Positions 15,579 to 25,267 of a DNA stretch of 55,102 nucleotides are shown here, piece by piece. The notes below the pieces were generated by a model that worked only from the letters and a program-made list of their open reading frames with translations, was not told the DNA's origin and did no database searches. Numbering within the stretch: the first letter of the stretch is position 1; the number at the start of each line of letters is the position of its first letter. The stretch covers positions 1-55,102 of the IMG/VR virus record IMGVR_UViG_3300037742_000050; one strand, 5' to 3'. The stretch is from a virus (Duplodnaviria; Caudoviricetes). Both the position numbers and the translations under genes were made by a program.

Positions 15579-15668
15579 GGGTGAGGGCAGGAGTCGAACC
15601 TGCAACCAGAGGCCAAGGAAGCCCGGCCGGACGCTCGCCTCATTGCTCTGCCATTGAGCTACCTCACC
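15579..15668 (-). ncRNA. tRNA-like element with expanded anticodon region
   Basis: Acceptor GGTGAGG/CCTCACC, canonical TAGCTCAATGGCAGAGC D arm, T arm GCAGG-TTCGACT-CCTGC; 41-nt middle without canonical anticodon loop. Confidence 0.75.
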
Positions 15669-15812
15669 ATGAACTAGATGAACATCTTACTGAGCAGCAA
15701 TGCGTCACACATCAACCACAACACCGCTATCATCACTACGATCCCAACTCCGATGAGGAGGATCATCTCCACCTCACCGGGTCCTTGAGGCTTACGTCTA
15801 TGTGCACCCATG

Positions 15813-15886
15813 CACCGAGAGAGGGACTCGAACCCCCGTCTTCCGGTTTTGGAGACCGGACACTCTTCCCATTGAGCTATCTCGAC
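15813..15886 (-). tRNA. tRNA-Trp(CCA)
   Basis: CCGGT-CTCCAAA-ACCGG anticodon arm, GGGGG-TTCGAGT-CCCTC T arm, GTCGAGA/TCTCGGT acceptor. Confidence 0.85.
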
Positions 15887-15961
15887 AGAAGATGCCTGAG
15901 GACCAAGCGGTTGCGGAAACGTTCGGCATCCGTAACCTACGCACCGGGCATCTTGCTTATT

Positions 15962-16114
15962 TCATGTACGTCGCCTCTTCTTCGGCACGTGTTGATGGTG
16001 CTGCAATTCAAGACGTAGTTTCTTGTCCTGATAAGCGACGCCTTTTGCGTGCCGGTTGCGACCTTGATCGTGAGACTTCAACTTGGTCCGTCGAGGCTTG
16101 TAACTTTTCGCCAT
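15962..16114 (-). CDS. 50-aa highly basic protein
   Basis: MAKSYKPRRTKLK...KKRRRT; SD GGAGGTG. Confidence 0.5.
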   Translation of the reverse strand: MAKSYKPRRTKLKSHDQGRNRHAKGVAYQDKKLRLELQHHQHVPKKRRRT

Positions 16115-16469
16115 GTCTCACCTCCAATAAAGCCTTGGTGGCGTTGTCCGCGCACACTCCCCCAGTCTCCCGAGGATTTGTAGCCACCCACGCTTCAGGG
16201 CTTCCATCCCCTGTTGTCCTCGACGTACTGGAGTGCTGACCGGGGCCTGCAACAGGAAGCGAGAGGTGAGTCTCGCTAACGAGAGCAGGGGCGGCAAGCA
16301 GTGCTTCCGTCGATGGAAGTTGTGGAAAGTCTCTGTGGAGTTCTCAACAAACAAGCGTGCTTGCCTGTCCCCGCAAGCCTAGTGGAAGAGGGCTGCCTGC
16401 CTTCTGAGGATTCTCCAGTCCCCCAAACAACCCTCTCCCCGTTCCAGGTTGCGCTGTCAAGCAAGGAAG

Positions 16470-16498
16470 ACACTACCAGCCCCCGTCCGGGGGTGCAA
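16470..16498 (-). promoter_or_regulatory. Leftward promoter for tRNA/replication arm
   Basis: TTGCAC-17(CCCCGGACGGGGGCTGG)-TAGTGT. Confidence 0.6.
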
Positions 16499-16560
16499 GT
16501 CCCAGTTCGGGAGGATCATCAAACATCCCATATAGCCATATCTCCATTACCATTGCCGAC

Positions 16561-19143
16561 ATGGGACTCTCGCTCGCCGAACGGGTTGCCAGGCTGCCCG
16601 TCGACCAGCGGACAGCCTGGATCAACAGCCAACCCACCGACGTACTCACCGAAATGGCCAGAGGTGAATGGTGGTGGGTAGCTCGTCCGGAGCAGATCCC
16701 ACCACCAGGCGACTGGCTCGTGCATCTTGCACTTGCCGGGAGAGGATGGGGGAAGCTGGTCGAGGCTGGGGAACCTGTGTTGACAGCCTGCCGGTGTAAG
16801 GCTAACGTCCCCTGCATGTTGGCTTCCGACACCCCCACGGCCTGTACTGCTGGCTTCGTGAAGTTGTCCGATATCCAGATAGGTGACTACATTTATGACG
16901 AAAACGGACAACCCACCAAGGTACTAGCAACCTTCGATGCCATACCCGAAGTTGCCTACCTGTTGACCTTTTCCGATGGCGCCACGATCAAGGCCTGCGG
17001 CGACCATCAATGGGTCACCTGGGACCTGAGAGCCCGCAAAGCATTCGGTCGCACCGGTCATGAAGGTGCCAGGACCGCTGCCGACGAGTTCCCTGAGGAT
17101 TGGGCCTCGTGGCAGAAGACAGACAGATACGGCAAGCCGACTGGAATCGGCGCCACGGTACTCACGACACAGCAGATCGTGGACACCCTTACCGTCCCAG
17201 TGGGGGCACGCCGGGACCTGAACCATTGCATCCCTGTGTGCCGTCCACCAGTAACATCTACGCAGGAGCTACCTATTGATCCATGGCTCCTGGGGTACTG
17301 GTTGGGAAACGGCAGCACGGGCGCCAGTGGCCTGACATGCCACGCAGAAGATCGCCAATACGTGGAGCAGCGCTCCGGTGCCCAAATGAACTTCCGGTTC
17401 AGTGAAACTGGCGCATCCGCCCAGGGCTCGGTAAGACTCTTGATCCAAAAGCTTCGAGAGCTTGGGGTTGACCAGAAGGACCACATCCCACAGATGTACC
17501 TCTGGGCTTCGATTGAACAACGTCGGGAACTCCTGGCCGGACTCATGGACTCGGACGGGTACGGGGAGACCTCCAAGGTCGAGTTCTCGTCAATGCGCCG
17601 TGAGATCGCCGACGCAGTCATGCTTCTGGCGAGGTCATTGGGCGAGAAACCCACCATGTACCTGGGTCGCGCAAGCTTGAACGGTGCAGACATGGGCACC
17701 AGTTTTCGGGTGCAATGGCGACCGACTTTTAATCCGTTCGGCTCGCCAAGGAAGCGCGCGACCTACGTGCCTCCATCGACGCAGAAGCTTCGCAACAAGC
17801 ACCGAATGATCGTGTCTGCGGAACGGATCGATCCGGTGCCGATGCGCTGCCTCACCGTTGATTCGCCCAACTCGATGTTCCTGATCGGTGAGGCGTTGAT
17901 TCCTACGCACAACTCCCGCGCCGGTGCCGAATGGATCGTGGAGCAGACCCAGCTTCATCCGTTCGACCGGCACGGTGCACCCACGGAATGGCTCGTTATC
18001 GCCGAAACGCTTTCTGATGCCCGGACGATCTGCATGGAAGGGCCCGCTGGCATTCTTCGCGTCCTGGACCGGCGCGGCATCAAGCACCGCTACAAGCAGT
18101 CCCCGCGACCAATGGTCATCTTCCCCGACAAGACGAAGATTTACTGTGAAGGCGCCGACGACGCCGATGTCGGCCGTGGGTATAACGCTGCCGGGGGGTG
18201 GCTAGATGAAATATGCAAATGGGCCTATAGCTATGACTCCTGGTACCAGGGGATCATGCCGTCCCTACGTGCCGACCTACGCGGGGACCACCCACGAGTC
18301 TTCGCTACCACCACCCCGAAGCCGATCAAGCTACTTCAGGAGTGGGTGAAGCGCCAGGACGGCACTGTTTCAATTGTTTCCGGTAGCACCTTCGATAACC
18401 GAGCGAACCTGTCCGCGCTCGTACTGAAGGAACTCCTCACTCGGTACGAGGGCACCACCATCGGGCGACAGGAGTTGTACGGGGAACTCCTCGAAGTGAT
18501 CGAGGGTGCCCTGTTCAAGCGTTCGGACATCAACCGGAACCGGGTGGAAGAGGTACCGGAGCGCATCACTTCGATCGTGGTCGGCGTCGACCCTGGTCTT
18601 ACCGACGACGGCGATGAGATGGGTGTCGTCGTCGTCGGCCGCAACAACAAATCCAACGCCCTGTATGTCCTCGCTGACCGTTCCGTTGTCGGTGCCGGCC
18701 GGGAGGCTGCCACCCATGTATGGCGGGTTGCCGCTGAATTCGGCGCCGACTGGGTGGTGGTGGAAACGAACCTTGGTAAGCGTTGGATGACTGACGTGTT
18801 CAATGATGCTTATGTCGAACTGATGAAGGATGGCTTGTTCCCGGACAACACCAATCCACCAGTCAAGACGGTTGACGCGAAGGTGGGCAAGATGACCAGG
18901 GCTCAGCCGGTTGCGATGCGCTACGAGCAGGGCCGGGTGCATCATGTCGGCTTGTTCTCTGAGCTTGAGGATGAGATGGTTGTCTATACCGGGGAGGAGC
19001 GGGAATCGCCGAACCGGATGGACGCGCTGGTCCACGCTGCCCGCTGGTTGATGCAACAGGAGAAGCGGACGATGCGGTTCGCGTCGCCAGTGGCCATCGA
19101 TGCCCAATTCGAAAGACTCACCCAGGAACTCAACCTCACTTGA
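16561..19143 (+). CDS. terL: Terminase large subunit, intein-containing
   Basis: ARPEQ, AGRGWGK/S Walker A, WLDE Walker B, TTTP, GVDP and SPNRMDA nuclease motifs. Confidence 0.95.
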   Translation: MGLSLAERVARLPVDQRTAWINSQPTDVLTEMARGEWWWVARPEQIPPPGDWLVHLALAGRGWGKLVEAGEPVLTACRCKANVPCMLASDTPTACTAGFVKLSDIQIGDYIYDENGQPTKVLATFDAIPEVAYLLTFSDGATIKACGDHQWVTWDLRARKAFGRTGHEGARTAADEFPEDWASWQKTDRYGKPTGIGATVLTTQQIVDTLTVPVGARRDLNHCIPVCRPPVTSTQELPIDPWLLGYWLGNGSTGASGLTCHAEDRQYVEQRSGAQMNFRFSETGASAQGSVRLLIQKLRELGVDQKDHIPQMYLWASIEQRRELLAGLMDSDGYGETSKVEFSSMRREIADAVMLLARSLGEKPTMYLGRASLNGADMGTSFRVQWRPTFNPFGSPRKRATYVPPSTQKLRNKHRMIVSAERIDPVPMRCLTVDSPNSMFLIGEALIPTHNSRAGAEWIVEQTQLHPFDRHGAPTEWLVIAETLSDARTICMEGPAGILRVLDRRGIKHRYKQSPRPMVIFPDKTKIYCEGADDADVGRGYNAAGGWLDEICKWAYSYDSWYQGIMPSLRADLRGDHPRVFATTTPKPIKLLQEWVKRQDGTVSIVSGSTFDNRANLSALVLKELLTRYEGTTIGRQELYGELLEVIEGALFKRSDINRNRVEEVPERITSIVVGVDPGLTDDGDEMGVVVVGRNNKSNALYVLADRSVVGAGREAATHVWRVAAEFGADWVVVETNLGKRWMTDVFNDAYVELMKDGLFPDNTNPPVKTVDAKVGKMTRAQPVAMRYEQGRVHHVGLFSELEDEMVVYTGEERESPNRMDALVHAARWLMQQEKRTMRFASPVAIDAQFERLTQELNLT
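16756..17913 (+). mobile_element. Class 3-type intein (386 aa) with LAGLIDADG homing endonuclease
   Basis: Splits GRGWGK|S; DHQW block B, MRCLTV block F, IPTHN end; LLGYWLGNG and LAGLMDSDG motifs. Confidence 0.9.
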
Positions 19144-19198
19144 CGCGATAGGCACCTAGTGCTACGCCTTCCGGGGCATTGGCCATTACGCTGTACCC

Positions 19199-19510
19199 GT
19201 GATCAATGCCCTGGTACTGGTGGTGCTGATCCTGGCAGTAGCCAGGGTCACCCGACTCATCACCACCGATCAGGTCACGCTGCCCATTCGGACCTGGGTA
19301 GTCAACCGGTACGGTGAAGACGGGAAGGCTGCCTACTTCATTTTCTGTCCCTGGTGCGTAAGCATTTGGATCTCGGTGGTTTTCACTACGCTCACCTTCC
19401 TCGCCCAACATGGGCCCACCTGGGGGCAATGGACATGGAACGGGGTACTGGTCTCCCTGGCGGTCTCACATAGCACCGGCCTTATCGCTTCTAAGTTGGA
19501 GAACGACTGA
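19199..19510 (+). CDS. DUF1360-like membrane protein
   Basis: ARVTRLITTD...CPWCVSIW; between terminase and portal. Confidence 0.7.
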   Translation: MINALVLVVLILAVARVTRLITTDQVTLPIRTWVVNRYGEDGKAAYFIFCPWCVSIWISVVFTTLTFLAQHGPTWGQWTWNGVLVSLAVSHSTGLIASKLEND

Positions 19511-21414
19511 TGGCCTGGGGACGCAAAGAGATCGTCGCACCGGACACGCGCCCAAAGGCGCCCCGAAGCCTCGTCGCGTCGGCGGCCCGGATACGCATCT
19601 CCGAAACTTCGGCGCCATACAACCTGTGGAACTCGTACAAATTCAAGGACGAGGCGTGGCAGCGGGAGCTATGGCGGCTGTATGACATTATCGGCGAGTT
19701 CCATTTCGCCTCCAACTGGATCGGCAGCGCTGTTTCCCGAGTCCGGATCTACGTCGCCGAGGTGGACAAGCTCGGTCGCCTGGGTCCGGAGGTGGACCGC
19801 CCGGACAAGGTGGTCGCACTCGCCGACACCATCTTCGGTGGCCCGGCCGCCAAAGCTGAAGCGCTCCGGGCGATCGGTATCAACCTGACCGTGGGCGGGG
19901 AATGCTTCATTCTCGGCATCGGTGCCGATGACCCGACTTCGGACGAGTGGCACGTGGTGGCGCCATCCGAGCTACGCCGGATCATGAACTCTGAAACGGG
20001 AATGCGGGAACTGTGTTTCGGGGACCGAAAGGAACCCCGGAAACTGGTGGAGGGCAAGGACATCCTGATGCGGGTGTGGTCCCCGCATCCGCGCCAGATG
20101 AACAAGTCGGACTGCCCGGCCCGTGCCGCTCAGCCGGTGTTGCGGGAGATCGAGCAACTCACCAAGTACGTGTTCGCTCAGATCGATTCCAGGTTGTTCG
20201 GCGCCGGACTGCTACCGATTCCGAGCAACATCGACTTCCCTGAGGAAGAGGGGGTCGACACGGCGTCGGAGTCGTTGCTGAAGCGGCTCGCCGAGGCTGG
20301 CCAGGCTTCCCTGAAGGGGGAGGGTACTGCCGCGTCACTGCTCCCGATCATCATGGAGATGCCCCCGGAGAGCCTGGACAAGATCAAGTTGGTCTCGTTC
20401 GCCACGGAACTGTCCCAGCAGGCTTTGGATCTTCGCGCGGAGGCGGTGCGCCGATTCGCCTTGGCGATGGACATGCCACCGGAGGTGGTCTCCGGTACGG
20501 GCGACACGAACCACTGGTCGGCATGGCACATCGAAGAGTCAGCGGTAAAGGTTCACATCGAACCGTTGATGAGCCGCATCTGCGATGCATTGACAAAGGG
20601 CTATTTGCAACCGGCCCTGAAGGCGCTCAACGTCGACCCGGCCCGCTACACCTTCTGGTTTGACACGTCCCCGCTCACCGTCCGGCCGCAACGGCTTCAG
20701 GACACCCTGAACCTGTACGAAAAGGAGATCGTCAGCGCCGAAGCGGTGCGCAACGCCGGGAACTACCTCGAATCTGACGCACCCGACGAGCAGGAAGACC
20801 TCCGTCGCTTCGCTCGGGAACTCCTCCTCCGCGACCCGTCGATGACTTCCGTTCCCGAGATGCGATTCCTCGCCGGGCTCCCCGAATTCGCGCCACCCCC
20901 GGCACTGGACACCCCGGCACCCCCGCCACCGGCCCCGGAAACAGCGTCCGTGCCGACCCAACCGGACCCGCTGCCGGTCAATTCGACCGCGTCCACGGCT
21001 CCCGCCGGTCCGGCCCGCAACAACACCAACGCGGTCGTTGCCTCGGCCGCCATGAATGAACAGTGGATGGGCCTGGCCGTTGCCTCCGAGGCTGTCGTAC
21101 GCAACGCCCTGCGGGTCGCCGGGACCAGGCTCCTGACCCCATCGGACCGGGGACGTTGGCCCGATGTGCCCCGCCACGAACTGCACACCAGGAAGCGGCC
21201 GACCGGCACCGAACAAATCGACCGGCTTCTCACCGGGGCGTGGGAATCCCTGCCCCATCTCGTGACCTCGTTCGGGCTTGAAGTCGACGTGCGCCGACTG
21301 GAAAGTGATCTGCGGCGCTACTGCACCGTCCTGCTCGCAATGGGTGTCCCTCACGACACGTCCCGGCTGCTTGAGGTGTTGCGAACCGGGGGGCACGTAC
21401 ATGGGCCTGCTTGA
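19510..21414 (+). CDS. Portal protein
   Basis: Position, size, WQRELW...IGEF and NHWSAW motifs recalled from actinophage portals. Confidence 0.8.
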   Translation: MAWGRKEIVAPDTRPKAPRSLVASAARIRISETSAPYNLWNSYKFKDEAWQRELWRLYDIIGEFHFASNWIGSAVSRVRIYVAEVDKLGRLGPEVDRPDKVVALADTIFGGPAAKAEALRAIGINLTVGGECFILGIGADDPTSDEWHVVAPSELRRIMNSETGMRELCFGDRKEPRKLVEGKDILMRVWSPHPRQMNKSDCPARAAQPVLREIEQLTKYVFAQIDSRLFGAGLLPIPSNIDFPEEEGVDTASESLLKRLAEAGQASLKGEGTAASLLPIIMEMPPESLDKIKLVSFATELSQQALDLRAEAVRRFALAMDMPPEVVSGTGDTNHWSAWHIEESAVKVHIEPLMSRICDALTKGYLQPALKALNVDPARYTFWFDTSPLTVRPQRLQDTLNLYEKEIVSAEAVRNAGNYLESDAPDEQEDLRRFARELLLRDPSMTSVPEMRFLAGLPEFAPPPALDTPAPPPPAPETASVPTQPDPLPVNSTASTAPAGPARNNTNAVVASAAMNEQWMGLAVASEAVVRNALRVAGTRLLTPSDRGRWPDVPRHELHTRKRPTGTEQIDRLLTGAWESLPHLVTSFGLEVDVRRLESDLRRYCTVLLAMGVPHDTSRLLEVLRTGGHVHGPA

Positions 21415-22150
21415 GCTTGAGCGGCGCCTTCTCGCCCTCGTCCTTGATTGGCTGACGAGGTTCCTGAAAGCTGCTCTGGACGCCGTCCTGGCGGTTGTTC
21501 GACAGTTCGGGATACAACCCAATCCGGCCGATGTTTTCACCGCTTCACCGATCTGGAGCGAAGGCGTCGATAGGATCGTGGGTGAGCTTGAAATCGTTGC
21601 GGGAGAAGCACGTGACCGGGAGTGGCGCCTGATTCAGGGGGTGGCGGACGACATTCCCGGTCACGTCTCCGGTGACACGTTCGTCATGTCGGCGTTGGCC
21701 ACGTCGAGGAATCTGCTCGTCCGGATTCCCGACGAGGTGTACCAGGTTGTATTTGCCGAGATAACTGACGGCGTGAACGATGGGGAATCGGTCCCGGAAC
21801 TGACGGCACGGATCGAAAGAGTGCTGTCGGTCACCGGGTCGGAGCGTTGGCCGAACCGGGCCAGGGTCATTGCTATCACCGAAGCTAACCGGGCATCGAA
21901 CACTGGTGCTTTCTCGGCGGCGATGCAGGCGCAGAACCTTGAAGGGGAAGCACTGCTGAAGGAATGGGTGGCGACGAACGACAACCGGGTCCGACCCACC
22001 CATGAGAACGCCGACAGACAGCGGGTACCGCTGATGCAGCCATTCGTCGTCGGTAACTCGCTGCTGATGTATCCCGGCGATCCGGCTGGGATGGCGGAAG
22101 AAGTAGTTGGCTGCCGGTGCAGTATGACGATCCACGATTCGGAGAACTGA
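21401..22150 (+). CDS. MuF-like minor head protein
   Basis: RARVIAITE...KEWVATNDNRVRPTH...PGDP...CRC. Confidence 0.85.
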   Translation: MGLLELERRLLALVLDWLTRFLKAALDAVLAVVRQFGIQPNPADVFTASPIWSEGVDRIVGELEIVAGEARDREWRLIQGVADDIPGHVSGDTFVMSALATSRNLLVRIPDEVYQVVFAEITDGVNDGESVPELTARIERVLSVTGSERWPNRARVIAITEANRASNTGAFSAAMQAQNLEGEALLKEWVATNDNRVRPTHENADRQRVPLMQPFVVGNSLLMYPGDPAGMAEEVVGCRCSMTIHDSEN

Positions 22151-23997
22151 TGAAGAAGCGTCGTAAGAGTTGGGCTGGGCCACTGGCCTACTTCAGCATC
22201 CCTACCGGGGACCGTCGCATCTTCAGTCCCGGCGCCCTGGGCAGCCGACCGATGCCACTGCCGCTACTCTGGCAGGAACAGACCGCGAAAGCTGGGCACA
22301 GCGGCGCTGTCATTGTCGGCCGAATCCTCGCCGCCCACGAGCGCGGTGAATTCTTCTTCGGCGGGGGTGACTGGCTACCCACCGACAAGTTCCCGTACGT
22401 GGAAAAAGCTCAGGAACTGGTGTCGTTGAAGGTCGTCGGTCCCAGCGTGGACCTGGAGCCTGACCTGACCGTGTCGCTGGATACCACCCTGAACCCTGAA
22501 CGGCCGATGCTGAACTACACGCAGGCCACAATGATGGGTGCCACGTTGGTACCGATGGCCGCGTTCGGTGGTCCCCGTCTCATGATGATGGACGAACCGG
22601 ACGACGCTTTGGTTGCTTCGATCAAGGCGGCCGGCGACATCGAGGAATGGCTGGAGAACTGGGCCCCACCAGCCGGTGGTGGTTACGTACTCGACCGTTT
22701 CGTGTACGCCGATGGTTCCGAGCGGACGCTGCTGGTCCCCGAGTACGGTTTCCTTCCTGCCGCAGAGTTCGCGGTGAACCCGTCGTCGTGGCGGTCGCTA
22801 CCAATCGCGGAACGCGACGTGCCATTCGATGCTGATGACGCCGCCTTGCGAATCCTGGCGTGGGCGAAAAACGATCGGAACACTGCCTCGAAAGCCTATC
22901 TGTGGAACAACCCGCAGATCGCCGCCGCGACGAAGGACACCTTCCGGCTGCCCGTTGGTGACATTTTCGACGGGAAGCTCACCTTGATGTACCACGCGGT
23001 ATATGCCGCCGCTGCGTTGCTGTCCGGTGCCCACGGCGGTCTGCCCAACATTCCTGATTCTGAAAAAGGTCAACTTCGTAGGATCATTTCAGACATCTAC
23101 AAGAAAATGGCCGAACACTTCGGTGACCCGGAGATGCAGGCACCCTGGGACGCCAGGGCGGAGGCAGCGAAGAGGGACAAAATGAGTATCTCGACAGCGA
23201 TTGTGGCGGCTGCCGCCCCGGTGAACCCGCCTAAGGCGTGGTTCGCGAACCCCCAGTTCACCGCACCAACTCCGGTACGGGTAACCGAGGACGGTCGAGT
23301 GTTCGGGCACGCCGCCTCATGGAACTCATGTCACACCGGGTTCAGCGGGGAATGTGTGACCGCGCCACGATCCGCTTCCCAGTACGCCTACTTCATGACC
23401 GGTGAAGTACTGACTGCCGAGGGCGACTACCTGCCGGTAGGGACGATCACCATGGGTACCGGGCACGCCGATACCGCCTGGAACGCGGCGAAGGCACTGG
23501 CTCATTACGACAACACCGGGCTTCAGGTCGCCGTTGTGTGTGCCGGCGAGGACCAGTTCGGTATCTGGGTGGCCGGGTCGCTGGTGCCGGGGCTTCCGGA
23601 GGAGAAGGCAGCGGAGCTACGCCGTTCCCCCCTGTCCGGGGACTGGCGTCGGATCGGCGGTAGGATGGAACTCATCCGAGCCCTCGCTGTGAACTCGCCT
23701 GGCTTCCCGGTGGTCCGTACTGCCGGCAAGCGGGTTCAAGCTCTCGTAGCGGCTGGGATCGTGTCCCCGCTGGAGGTTGACGTGAACATCGAGCCGACCC
23801 CACTCACGGTCGCTGAGGACCGGGACCAGGTGGAGATTGATCCGGTACCGTCTGTCGACGTGGAGCAGCTTGCCAAGGAAATCCATGACAAGATCCGCTC
23901 CAGCACTGCCCGCGAGGAACGCATCTCTCTCCTGTTGGCCGTAGACCAGATGGAGCGCGGTGAGCGGCTCGACCGACTCGGGAAGCTGGAGGACTGA
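22150..23997 (+). CDS. Capsid maturation protease-like protein
   Basis: TGDRR...PLPL.WQ...GH.GA..VG, SVDL, SGDWR; precedes capsid gene. Confidence 0.7.
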   Translation: MKKRRKSWAGPLAYFSIPTGDRRIFSPGALGSRPMPLPLLWQEQTAKAGHSGAVIVGRILAAHERGEFFFGGGDWLPTDKFPYVEKAQELVSLKVVGPSVDLEPDLTVSLDTTLNPERPMLNYTQATMMGATLVPMAAFGGPRLMMMDEPDDALVASIKAAGDIEEWLENWAPPAGGGYVLDRFVYADGSERTLLVPEYGFLPAAEFAVNPSSWRSLPIAERDVPFDADDAALRILAWAKNDRNTASKAYLWNNPQIAAATKDTFRLPVGDIFDGKLTLMYHAVYAAAALLSGAHGGLPNIPDSEKGQLRRIISDIYKKMAEHFGDPEMQAPWDARAEAAKRDKMSISTAIVAAAAPVNPPKAWFANPQFTAPTPVRVTEDGRVFGHAASWNSCHTGFSGECVTAPRSASQYAYFMTGEVLTAEGDYLPVGTITMGTGHADTAWNAAKALAHYDNTGLQVAVVCAGEDQFGIWVAGSLVPGLPEEKAAELRRSPLSGDWRRIGGRMELIRALAVNSPGFPVVRTAGKRVQALVAAGIVSPLEVDVNIEPTPLTVAEDRDQVEIDPVPSVDVEQLAKEIHDKIRSSTAREERISLLLAVDQMERGERLDRLGKLED

Positions 23998-24110
23998 TGC
24001 TCCGTTTCGTGTGCCCAGACTGCAAGAACCAGGACCATGAGAAGTGTCGCGGTGGCAGCTGGTGCGACTGCCTGCACCGCAAACCGAGGGAGGGGAACGA
24101 TGGTTTGTAA
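23997..24110 (+). CDS. 37-aa Cys/His-rich peptide
   Basis: TGATG coupling; CPDC...H..C....CDC.H. Confidence 0.5.
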   Translation: MLRFVCPDCKNQDHEKCRGGSWCDCLHRKPREGNDGL

Positions 24111-24258
24111 ATCTTGCGGCGGGGGGAAATCCGCGCAACAGCAGGGCCCGTTCACTGTCACCAGCAAGACCGGTGAGACGGTGGAAGTGCAAGACGAGTT
24201 CGCTGCCAGGGTGCAGGTCGCCAAATGGGGTGGCGGCTCCTACGCTAAGAAGTCCTAA
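24100..24258 (+). CDS. Small protein (CKSCGG N-terminus)
   Basis: SD GGGAGG; coupled to next gene. Confidence 0.6.
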   Translation: MVCKSCGGGKSAQQQGPFTVTSKTGETVEVQDEFAARVQVAKWGGGSYAKKS

Positions 24259-24611
24259 TGGTACATACCCCAGGTGTGACGAAGCTGGTACGGGACAACA
24301 TCGAAAGTGTTGACTGGCCGGATTGGTACGGCGGCAATGAGAACAAGGTACACCTTGGTAAAGCCGCTGACCGCGAGGAGTACATAGAACTGCTCCGGTC
24401 CAAGCTCCTGGAGGAGACCACCGAGCTTCTTATCGCTGTGCGTGAGGAGATCCCTGAACGGATCACCGAGGAAGCCGCTGATGTCATTGAGGTAGTGAGG
24501 GCGCTCGCGACGGCGTACAACATTCCGTTGACGGCTGTGACGAATAAGCGGGTCCAGAAGCTTGCCGAACGTGGTGGCTTCTCCGCTGGCATCACCTACA
24601 ACGGACCCTGA
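24258..24611 (+). CDS. MazG-like nucleotide pyrophosphohydrolase
   Basis: KLVRDNI...KLLEETTE...EEAADVIEV...K..ERGGF. Confidence 0.85.
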   Translation: MVHTPGVTKLVRDNIESVDWPDWYGGNENKVHLGKAADREEYIELLRSKLLEETTELLIAVREEIPERITEEAADVIEVVRALATAYNIPLTAVTNKRVQKLAERGGFSAGITYNGP

Positions 24612-24694
24612 AACCATTTGTCCTGAGAGGAGGAGAGACATGATGTGGTTACTTTGGGGTGGCGAGTACATCCACCGGCTGATGCGGTGGCTGC

Positions 24695-24946
24695 ATGGAC
24701 GTTGATCGGACAGTCGCCGAAATGACCCCTCGGGTAGCTTGGTTGCTTTCACAACTCAACGACGAGGGTGTGAAATGGGATGTGGTCCTGCCTGACGGGG
24801 CGCATCTCTACTGGTGCACCGGGCACCGGCACGGGTACGGGGACCATTGCTGTTCGAACAAGAACATTCACGGCGAGGCAAAAGAGCCCGGCAGATGCAA
24901 GTGGTGTGAAAGTAAATGCCCTGGGAGGCAACAGTGCCAGACCTAA
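24695..24946 (+). CDS. Cys/His-rich hypothetical protein
   Basis: HLYWCTGH.H..HCC...CKWCESKC. Confidence 0.5.
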   Translation: MDVDRTVAEMTPRVAWLLSQLNDEGVKWDVVLPDGAHLYWCTGHRHGYGDHCCSNKNIHGEAKEPGRCKWCESKCPGRQQCQT

Positions 24947-25158
24947 ATGATCTTGAGAACCGATTCACCTACCATGCCCCGAAGCCAGGACAGGCTGACA
25001 GTTATCAAACGATCCGCCTGAAAGCTTTGCAGTTCGCGCTGCTGGTCGACCAACTTGCCCCCGAGTCACGGGAACTCAGCCTCGCCATCACGAAAATCGA
25101 AGAGGCCGTGTTCTGGGCGAACGCCGCAATCGCCCGTGACTCAGTCGGGCCTGCTTGA
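24934..25158 (+). CDS. Acb2/Tad1-like helical hairpin protein (putative nucleotide-signal sponge)
   Basis: NRFTYHAP...SRELSLAITKIEEAVFWANAAIAR; SD GGGAGG before GTG. Confidence 0.7.
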   Translation: MPDLNDLENRFTYHAPKPGQADSYQTIRLKALQFALLVDQLAPESRELSLAITKIEEAVFWANAAIARDSVGPA

Positions 25159-25267
25159 CGATCACCGAAACTATGTTCTAATCATCGGTAACAGGTACGA
25201 ACGTCGCTGGATTGGGAGCCGGACGTGACGGGCCGATTTTCGGCTACTCACGGAAGGACATCCCACG

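Noticed and set aside
13803-15668. tRNA fragments as attP sites
   Set aside because: Elements are full cloverleaf-like with both acceptor strands, and no integrase was found
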